In this document: piece after piece, positions 1 to 12,000 of the stretch
How positions within the stretch are numbered: the first letter of the stretch is position 1
Layout: each line of letters begins with the position of its first letter
Source of the DNA: the human T2T-CHM13v2.0 reference genome, Homo sapiens
Assembly (NCBI RefSeq): GCF_009914755.1
Contig: NC_060925.1
Reading direction: 5' to 3' (one strand)
DNA length: 64,000 bases
Made by a program: the position numbers and the translations under genes
Notes under the pieces: model-generated
Database searches by the model: none
What the model was told of the DNA's origin: nothing
Seen by the model: the letters and a program-made list of their open reading frames with translations, nothing else

Positions 1-3000
1 TTATCGAACGAAATCGAAGAGAATCATCGAATGGACTCGAATGGAATCATCTAATGGAATGGAATGGAATAATCCACGGACTCGAATGCAATCATCATCG
101 TATAGAATCGAATGGAATCATCGAATGGACTCGAATGGAATAACCATTGAACGGAATCGAATGGAATCATCATCGGATGGAAACGAATGGAATCATCATC
201 GAATGGAAATGAAAGGAGTCATCATCTAATGGAATTGCATGGAATCATCATAAAATGTAATCGAATGGAATCATCATCAAATGGAATCAAATGGAAGCAT
301 TGAACGGAATTGAATGGAATCGTCATCGAATGAATTGAATGCAATCATCGAATGGTCTCGAATGGAATCATCTTCAAATGGAATGGAATGGAATCATCGC
401 ATAGAATCGAATGGAATTATCATCGAATGGAATCGAATGGAATCAACATCAAACGGAAAAAAACGGAATTATCGAATGGAATCGAAGAGAATCATCGAAT
501 GGACCCGAATGGAATCATCTAATGGAATGGAATGGAATAATCCATGGACTCGAATGCAATCATCATCGAGTGGAATCGAATGGAATCATCGAATGGACTC
601 GAATGGAATAATCATTGAACGGAATCGAATGGAATCATCATCGGATGGAAATGAAAGGAGTCATCATCTAATGGAATTGCATGGAATCATCATAAAATGG
701 AATCGAATGGAATCAACATCAAATGGAATCAAATGGAATCATTGAACGGAATTGAATGGAATCGTCATCGAATGAATTGAATGCAATCATCGAATGGTCT
801 CGAATGGAATCATCTTCAAATGGAATGGAATGGAATCATCGCATAGAATCGAATGGAATTATCATCGAATGGAATCGAATGGAATCAACATCAAACGGAA
901 AAAAACGGAATTATCGAATGGAATCGAAGAGAATCATCGAATGGACCCGAATGGAATCATCTAATGGAATGGAATGGAATAATCCATGGACTCGAAAGCA
1001 ATCATCATCGAATGGAATCGAATGGAATCATCATCAAATGGAATCTGATGGAATCATTGAACAGAATTGAATGGAATCGTCATCGAATGAATTGAATGCA
1101 ATCATCGAATGGTCTCGAATGTAATCACATTCTAATGGAAAGGAATGGAATCATCGCATAGAATCGAATGGAATTAACATTGAATGGACTCGAATGGAAT
1201 CAACATCAAACGGAATCAAGCGGAATTATCGAATGGAATCGAAGAGAATCATCGAATGGTCTCGAATGGAATCATCTTCTAATGGAAAGGAATGGAATCA
1301 TCGCATAGAATCGAATGGAATTAACATTGAATGGACTCGAATGGAATCAACATCAAATGGAATCAAGCGGAATTATCGAATGAAATCGAAGAGAATCATC
1401 GAATGGACTCGAATGGAATCATCTAATGGAATGGAATGGAATAATCCACGGACTCGAATGCAATCATCATCGTATAGAATCGAATGGAATCATCGAAAGG
1501 ACTCGAATGGAATAACCATTGAACGGAATCGAATGGAATCATCATCGGATGGAAACGAATGGAATCATCATCGAATGGAAATGAAAGGAGTCATCATCTA
1601 ATGGAATTGCATGGAATCATCATCAAATGGAATCGAATGGAATCATCATCAAATGGAATCAAATGGAATCATTGAACGGAATTGAATGGAATCGTCATCG
1701 AATGAATTGAATGCAATCATCGAATGGTCTCGAATGGAATCATCTTCAAATGGAATGGAATGGAATCATCGCATAGAATCGAATGGAATTATCATCGAAT
1801 GGAATCGAATGGTATCAACATCAAACGGAAAAAAACGGAATTATCGAATGGAACCAAAGAGAATCTTCGAACGGACCCGAATGGAATCATCTAATGGAAT
1901 GGAATGGAATAATCCATGGACTCGAATGCAATCATCATCGAATGGAATCGAATGGAATCATTGAAAGGACTCGTATGGAATAATCATTGAACGGAATCGA
2001 ATGGAATCATCATCGGATGGAAATGAATGGAATCATCATCGAATGGAATCGAATAGAATTATGGAATGAAATCCAGTGTGATCATCATCGAATGGACCCG
2101 AATGGAATCATCATCCAACGGAAGCTAATGGAATCAACATACAATGAATCGAATGGAAACACCATCGAATTGAAACGAATGGAATTACCATGAAATTGAA
2201 ATGGATGGACTCATCATCGAATGGATTCCAATGGAATCATCGAATAAAATTGATTGAAATCATCATCGAATGGAATCGAATGGTATCATTGAATGGAATC
2301 GAATGGAATCATCATCAGATGGAAATGAATGGAATCGTCATAGAATGGAATCGAATGGATTCATTGAATGGAATCAGATGGAATCATCGAATGGACTGGA
2401 ATGGAATCATTGAATGGACTCGAAAGGGATCATTATTGAATGGAATTGAATGGAATCATCGAATGGTCTCGATTGGAATCATTATCAAATGGAATCGAAT
2501 GGAATCACCGAATAGAATCGAATGGAACAATCATCGAATGGACTCAAATGGAATTATCCTCAAATAGAATCGAATGGAATTATCGAATGCAATCGAATGG
2601 AATTAACGAATGCAATCGAATAGAATCATCGAATGGACTCGAATGGAATCATCGAATGGAATGGAATGGAACAGTCAATGAACTCGAATGGAATCATCAT
2701 TGAATGGAATCGAATCGAATCATCGAGTGGAATCGAATGGAATTATGATCAAATGGAATCGAATGTAATCATCATCAAATGGAATCAAAAATAAACATCA
2801 TCAATTGGTATTGAATGGAATTCTCATCAAATGGAATTCAAAGGAATCATCATCAAATGGAACTGAATGGAATCCTCATTGAATGGAAATGAAAGGGGTC
2901 ATCATCTAATGGAATCGCATGGAATCATCATCAAATGGAATCGAATGGAATCATCATCAAATGGAATCTGATGGAATCATTGAACAGAATTGAATGGAAT

Positions 3001-6000
3001 CGTCATCGAATGAATTGAATGCAATCATCGAATGGTCTCGAATGTAATCACATTCTAATGGAAAGGAATGGAATCATCGCATAGAATCGAATGGAATTAA
3101 CATTGAATGGACTCGAATGGAATCAACATCAAACGGAATCAAGCGGAATTATCGAATGGAATCGAAGAGAATCATCGAATGGTCTCGAATGGAATCATCT
3201 TCTAATGGAAAGGAATGGAATCATCGCATAGAATCGAATGGAATTAACATTGAATGGACTCGAATGGAATCAACATCAAATGGAATCAAGCGGAATTATC
3301 GAATGAAATCGAAGAGAATCATCGAATGGACTCGAATGGAATCATCTAATGGAATGGAACGGAATAATCCACGGACTCGAATGCAATAATCATCCTATAG
3401 AATCAAATGGAATCATCGAAAGGACTCGAATGGAATAACCATTGAACGGAATCGAATGGAATCATCATCGGATGGAAACGAATGGAATCATCATCGAATG
3501 GAAATGAAATGAGTCATCATCTAATGGAATTGCATGGAATCATCATAAAATGGAATCGAATGGAATCATCATCAAATGGAATCAAATGGAATCATTGAAC
3601 GGAATTCAATGGAATCGTCATCGAATGAATTGAATGCAATCATCGAATGGTCTCGAATGGAATCATCTTCAAATGGAATGGAATGGAATCATCGCATAGA
3701 ATCGAATGGAATTATCATCGAATGGAATCGAATGGTATCAACATCAAACGGAAAAAAACGGAATTATCGAATGGAATCAAAGAGAATCTTCGAACGGACC
3801 CGAATGGAATCATCTAATGGAATGGAATGGAATAATCCATGGACTCGAATGCAATCATCATCGAATGGAATCGAATGGAATCATTGAAAGGACTCGAATG
3901 GAATAATCATTGAACGGAATCGAATGGAATCATCATCGGATGGAAATGAATGGAATCATCATCGAATGGAATCGAATAGAATTATGGAATGAAATCCAGT
4001 GTGATCATCATCGAATGGACCCGAATGGAATCATCATCCAACGGAAGCTAATGGAATCAACATCGAATGAATCGAATGGAAACACCATCGAATTGAAACG
4101 AATGGAATTATCATGAAATTGAAATGGATGGACTCATCATCGAATGGATTCGAAAGGAATCATCGAATAAAATTGATTGAAATCATCATCGAATGGAATC
4201 GAATGGTATCATTGAATGGAATCGAATGGAATCATCATCAGATGGAAATGAATGGAATCGTCATAGAATGGAATCGAATGGATTCATTGAATGGAATCAG
4301 ATGGAATCATCGAATGGACTGGAATGGAATCATTGAATGGACTCGAAAGAGATCATGATTGAATGGAATTGAATGGAATCATCGAATGGTCTCGATTGGA
4401 ATCATTATCAAATGGAATCGAATGGAATCACCGAATAGAATCGAATGGAACAATCATCGAATGGACTCAAATGGAATTATCCTCCAATGGAATCGAATGG
4501 AATTATCGAATGCAATCGAATGGAATTATCGAATGCAATCGAATAGAATCATCGAATGGACTCGAATGGAATCATCGAATGGAATGGAATGGAACAGTCA
4601 ATGAACTCGAATGGAATCATCATTGAATGGAATCATCGAGTGGAATCGAAAGGAATTATGATCAAATGGAATCGAACGTAATCATCATCAAATGGAATCA
4701 AAAATAACCATCATCAATTGGTATTGAATGGAATTGTCATCAAATGGAATTCAAAGGAATCATCATCAAATGGAACCGAATGGAATCCTCATTGAATGGA
4801 AATGAAAGGGGTCATCATCTAATGGAATCGCATGGAATCATCATCAAATGGAATCGAATGGAATCATCATCAAATGGAATCTAATGGAATCATTGAAAAG
4901 AATTGAAGGGAGTCGTCATCGAATGAATTGAATGCAATCATCGAATGGTCTCGAATGGAATCATCTTCTAATGGAAAGGACTGGAATCATCGCATAGAAT
5001 CGAATGGAATTATCATCGAATGGAATCGAATGGTATCAACACCAAACGGAAAAAAACGGAATTATCGAATGGAATCGAAGAGAATCTTCGAACGGACCCG
5101 AATGGAATCATCTAATGGAATGGAATGGAATAATCCATGGACTCGAATGCAATCATCATCGAATGGAATCGAATGGAATCATCGAATGGACTCGAATGGA
5201 ATAATCATTGAACGGAATCGAATGGAATCATCATCGGATGGAAACGAATGGAATCATCATCGAATGGAAATGTAAGGAGTCATCATCTAATGGAATTGCA
5301 TGGAATCATCATAAAATGGAATCGAATGGAATCAACATCAAATGGAATCAAATGGAATCATTGAACGGAATTGAATGGAATCGTCATCGAATGAATTGAA
5401 TGCAATCATCGAATGGTCTCGAATGGAATCATCTTCAAATGGAATGGAATGGAATCATCGCATAGAATCGAATGGAATTATCATCGAATGGAATCGAATG
5501 GAATCAACATCAAACAGAAAAAAACGGAATTATCGAATGGAATCGAAGAGAATCATCGAATGGACCCGAATGGAATCATCTAATGGAATGGAATGGAATA
5601 ATCCATGGACTCGAATGCAATCATCATCGAATGGAATCGAATGGAATCATCGAATGGACTCGAATGGAATAATCATTGAACGGAATCGAATGGAATCATC
5701 ATCGGATGGAAATGAATGGAATCATCATCGAATGGAATCGAATAGAATTATGGAATGAAATCCAGTGTGATCATCATCGAATGGACCCGAATGGAATCAT
5801 CATCCAACGGAAGCTAATGGAATCAACATCGAATGAATCGAATGGAAACACCATCGAATTGAAACGAATGGAATTATCATGAAATTGAAATGGATGGACT
5901 CATCATCGAATGGATTCGAATGGAATCATCGAATAAAATTGATTGAAATCATCATCGAATGGTATCGAATGGTATCATTGAATGGAATCGAATGGAATCA

Positions 6001-9000
6001 TCATCAGATGGAAATGAATGGAATCGTCATAGAATGGAATCGAATGGATTCATTGAATGGAATCAGATGGAATCATCGAATGGACTGGAATGGAATCATT
6101 GAATGGACTCGAAAGGGATCATTATTGAATGGAATTGAATGGAATCATTGAATGGTCTCGATTGGAATCATTATCAAATGGAATCGAATGGAATCACCGA
6201 ATAGAATCGAATGGAACAATCATCGAATGGACTCAAATGGAATTATCCTCAAATGGAATCGAATGGAATTATCGAATGCAATCGAATGGAATTATCGAAT
6301 GCAATCGAATAGAATCATCGAATGGACTCGAATGGAATCATCGAATGGAATGGAATGGAACAGTCAATGAACTCGAATGGAATCATCATTGAATGGAATC
6401 GAATGGAATCATCGAGTGGAATCGAATGGAATTATGATCAAATGGAATCGAATGTAATCATCATCAAATGGAATCAAAAATAACCATCATCAATTGGTAT
6501 TGAATGGAATTCTCATCAAATGGAATTCAAAGGAATCATCATCAAATGGAACTGAATGGAATCCTCATTGAATGGAAATGAAAGGGGTCATCATCTAATG
6601 GAATCGCATGGAATCATCATCAAATGGAATCGAATGGAATCATCATCAAATGGAATCTGATGGAATCATTGAACAGAATTGAATGGAATCGTCATCGAAT
6701 GAATTGAATGCAATCATCGAATGGTCTCGAATGTAATCACATTCTAATGGAAAGGAATGGAATCATCGCATAGAATAGAATGGAATTAATATTGAATGGA
6801 CTCGAATGGAATCAACATCAAACGGAATCAAGCGGAATTATCGAATGGAATCGAAAAGAATCATCGAATGGTCTCGAATGGAATCATCTTCTAATGGAAA
6901 GTAATGGAATCATCGCATAGAATCGAATGGAATTAACATTGAATGGACTCGAATGGAATCAACATCAAATGGAATCAAGCGGAATTATCGAATGAAATCG
7001 AAGAGAATCATCGAATGGACTCGAATGGAATCATCTAATGGAATGGAATGGAATAATCCACGGACTCGAATGCAATAATCATCGTTTAGAATCGAATGGA
7101 ATCATCGAAAGGACTCGAATGGAATAACCATTGAACGGAATCGAATGGAATCATCATCGGATGGAAACGAATGGAATCATCATCGAATGGAAATGAAAGG
7201 AGTCATCATCTAATGGAATTGCATGGAATCATCATAAAATGGAATCGAATGGAATCATCATCAAATGGAATCAAATGGAATCATTGAACGGAATTGAATG
7301 GAATCGTCATCGAATGAATTGAATGCAATCATCGAATGGTCTCGAATGGAATCATCTTCAAATGGAATGGAATGGAATCATCGCATAGAATCGAATGGAA
7401 TTATCATCGAATGGAAACGAATGGTATCAACATCAAACGGAAAAAAACGGAATTATCGAATGGAATCGAAGAGAATCTTCGAACGGACCCGAATGGAATC
7501 ATCTAATGGAATGGAATGGAATAATCCATGGACTCGAATGCAATCATCATCGAATGGAATCGAATGGAATCATTGAAAGGACTCGAATGGAATAATCATT
7601 GAACGGAATCGAATGGAATCATCATCGGATGGAAATGAATGGAATCATCATCGAATGGAATCGAATAGAATTATGGAATGAAATCCAGTGTGATCATCAT
7701 CGAATGGACCCGAATGGAATTATCATCCAACGGAAGCTAATGGAATCAACATCGAATGAATCGAATGGAAACACCATCGAATTGAAACGAATGGAATTAC
7801 CATGAAATTGAAATGGATGGACTCATCATCGAATGGATTCGAATGGAATCATCGAATAAAATTGATTGAAATCATCATCGAATGGAATCGAATGGTATCA
7901 TTGAATGGAATCGAATGGAATCATCATCAGATGGAAATGAATGGAATCGTCATAGAATGGAATCGAATGGATTCATTGAATGGAATCAGATGGAATCATC
8001 GAATGGACTGGAATGGAATCATTGAATGGACTCGAAAGGGATCATTATTGAATGGAATTGAATGGAATCATCGAATGGTCTCGATTGGAATCATTATCAA
8101 ATGGAATCGAATGGAATCACCGAATAGAATCGAATGGAACAATCATCGAATGGACTCAAATGGAATTATCCTCAAATGGAATCGAATGGAATTATCGAAT
8201 GCAATCGAATGGAATTATCGAATGCAATCGAATAGAATCATCGAATGGACTCGAATGGAATCATCGAATGGAATGGAATGGAACAGTCAATGAACTCGAA
8301 TGGAATCATTATTGAATGGAATCGAATGGAATCATCGAGTGGAATCGAATGGAATTATGATCAAATGGAATCGAATGTAATCATCATCAAATGGAATCAA
8401 AAATAACCATCATCAATTGGTATTGAATGGAATTGTCATCAAATGGAATTTAAGGGAATCATCATCAAATGGAACCGAATGGAATCCTCATTGAATGGAA
8501 ATGAAAGTGGTCATCATCTAATGGAATCGCATGGAATCATCATCAAATGGAATCGAATGGAATCATCATCAAATGGAATCTAATGGAATCATTGAAAGAA
8601 TTGAATGGAATCATCATCGAATGAATTGAATGCAATCATCGAATGGTCTCGAATGGAATCATCTTCTAATGGAAAGGAATGGAATCATCGCATAGAATCG
8701 AATGGAATTATCATCGAATGGAATCGAATGGAATCAACACCAAACGGAAAAAAACGGAATTATCGAATGGAATCGAAGAGAATCATCGAATGGACCCGAA
8801 TGGAATCATCTAATGGAATGGAATGGAATAATCCATGGACTCGAATGCAATCATCATCGAATGGAATCGAATGGAATCATCGAATGGACTCGAATGGAAT
8901 AATCATTGAAGGGAATCGAATGGAATCATCATCGGATGGAAACGAATGGAATCATCATCGAATGGAATCGAATAGAATTATGGAATGAAATCCAGTGTGA

Positions 9001-12000
9001 TCATCATCGAATGGACCCGAATGGAATCATCATCCAACGTAAGCTAATGGAATCAACATCGAATGAATCGAATGGAAACACCATCGAATTGAAACGAATG
9101 GAATTACCATGAAATTGAAATGGATGGACTCATCATCGAATGGATTCGAATGGAATCATCGAATAAAATTGATTGAAATCATCATCGAATGGTATCGAAT
9201 GGTATCATTGAATGGAATCGAATGGAATCATCCTCAGATGGAAATGAATGGAATCGTCATAGAATGGAATCGAATGGATTCATTGAATGGAATCAGATGG
9301 AATCATCGAATGGACTGGAATGGAATCATTGAATGGACTCGAAAGGGATCATTATTGAATGGAATTGAATGGAATCATCAAATGGTCCCGATTGGAATCA
9401 TTATCAAATGGAATCGAATGGAATCACCGAATAGAATCGAATGGAACAATCATCGAATGGACTCAAATGGAATTATCCTCAAATGGAATCGAATGGAATT
9501 ATCGAATGCAATCGAATGGAATTATCGAATGCAATCGAATAGAATCATCGAATGGACTCGAATGGAATCATCGAATGGAATGGAATGGAACAGTCAATGA
9601 ACTCGAATGGAATCATCATTGAATGGAATCGAATGGAATCATCGAGTGGAATCGAATGGAATTATGATCAAATGGAATCGAATGTAATCATCATCAAATG
9701 GAATCAAAAATAACCATCATCAATTGGTATTGAATGGAATTCTCATCAAATGGAATTCAAAGGAATCATCATCAAATGGAACTGAATGGAATCCTCATTG
9801 AATGGAAATGAAAGGGGTCATCATCTAATGGAATCGCATGGAATCATCATCAAATGGAATCGAATGGAATCATCATCAAATGGAATCTGATGGAATCATT
9901 GAACAGAATTGAATGGAATCGTCATCGAATGAATTGAATTCAATCATCGAATGGTCTCGAATGTAATCACATTCTAATGGAAAGGAATGGAATCATCGCA
10001 TAGAATCGAATGGAATTAACATTGAATGGACTCGAATGGAATCAACATCAAACGGAATCAAGCGGAATTATCGAATGGAATCGAAGAGAATCATCGAATG
10101 GTCTCGAATGGAATCATCTTCTAATGGAAAGGAATGGAATCATCTCATAGAATCGAATGGAATTAACATTGAATGAACTCGAATGGAATCAACATCAAAT
10201 GCAATCAAGCGGAATTGTTGAATGAAATCGAAGAGAATCATCGAATGGACTCGAATGGAATCATCTAATGGAATGGAATGGAATAATCCACGGACTCGAA
10301 TGCAATCATCATCGTATAGAATCGAATGGAATCATCGAAAGGACTCGAATGGAATAACCATTGAACGGAATCGAATGGAATCATCATCGGATGGAAACGA
10401 ATGGAATCATCATCGAATGGAAATGAAAGGAGTCATCATCTAATGGAATTGCATGGAATCATCATCAAATGGAATCGAATGGAATCATCATCAAATGGAA
10501 TCAAATGGAATCATTGAACGGAATTGAATGGAATCGTCATCGAATGAATTGAATGCAATCATCGAATGGTCTCGAATGGAATCATCTTCAAATGGAATGG
10601 AATGGAATCATCGCATAGAATCGAATGGAATTATCATCGAATGGAATCGAATGGTATCAACATCAAACGGAAAAAAACGGAATTATCGAATGGAATCGAA
10701 GAGAATCTTCGAACGGACCCGAATGGAATCATCTAATGGAATGGAATGGAATAATCCATGGACTCGAATGCAATCATCATCGAATGGAATCGAATGGAAT
10801 CATTGAATGGACTCGAATGGAATAATCATTGAACGGAATCGAATGGAATCATCATCGGATGGAAATGAATGGAATCATCATCGAATGGAATCGAATAGAA
10901 TTATGGAATGAAATCCAGTGTGATCATCATCGAATGGACCCGAATGGAATCATCATCCAACGGAAGCTAATGGAATCAACATCGAATGAATCAAATGGAA
11001 ACACCATCGAATTGAAACGAATGGAATTATCATGAAATTGAAATGGATGGACTCATCATCAAATGGATTCGAATGGAATCATCGAATAAAATTGATTGAA
11101 ATCATCATCGAATGGAATCGAATGGTATCATTGAATGGAATCGAATGGAATCATCATCTGATGGAAATGAATGGAATCGTCATAGAATGGAATCGAATGG
11201 ATTCATTGAATGGAATCAGATGGAATCATCGAATGGACTGGAATGGAATCATTGAATGGACTCGAAAGGGATCATTATTGAATGGAATTGAATGGAATCA
11301 TCGAATGGTCTCGATTGGAATCATTATCAAATGGAATCGAATGGAATCACCGAATAGAATCGAATGCAACAATCATCGAATGGACTCAAATGGAATTATC
11401 CTCAAATGGAATCGAATGGAATTATCGAATGCAATCGAATGGAATTATCGAATGCAATCGAATAGAATCATCGAATGGACTCGAATGGAATCATCGAATG
11501 GAATGGAATGGAACAGTCAATGAACTCGAATGGAATCATCATTGAATGGAATCGAATGGAATCATCGAGTGGAATCGAATGGAATTATGATCAAATGGAA
11601 TCGAATGTAATCATCATCAAATGGAATCAAAAATAACCATCATCAATTGGTATTGAATGGAATTCTCATCAAATGGAATTCAAAGGAATCATCATCAAAT
11701 GGAACCGAATGGAATCCTCATTGAATGGAAATGAAAGGGGTCATCATCTAATGGAATCGCATGGAATCATCATCAAATGGAATCGAATGGAATCATCATC
11801 AAATGGAATCTAATGGAATCATTGAAAAGAATTGAATGGAATCATCATCGAATGAATTGAATGCAATCATCGAATGGTCTCGAATGGAATCAGCTTCTAA
11901 TGGAAAGGAATGGAATCATCGCATAGAATCGAATGGAATTATCATCGAATGGAATCGAATGGTATCAACACCAAACGGAAAAAAACGGAATTATCGAATG

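Noticed and set aside
896-910. A-rich tract CGGAAAAAAACGG as a poly(A) or retroelement remnant
   Set aside because: It is a fixed A7 variant of GGAATCAAACGG in nearly every subrepeat, with no target-site duplication and no Alu or L1 sequence.
1111-1257. The 147-bp duplication equals the nucleosome core length
   Set aside because: It is explained more simply by microhomology at AATCATCGAATGG and the monomer lattice (3 x 49). It probably arose once, so the match may be coincidence.
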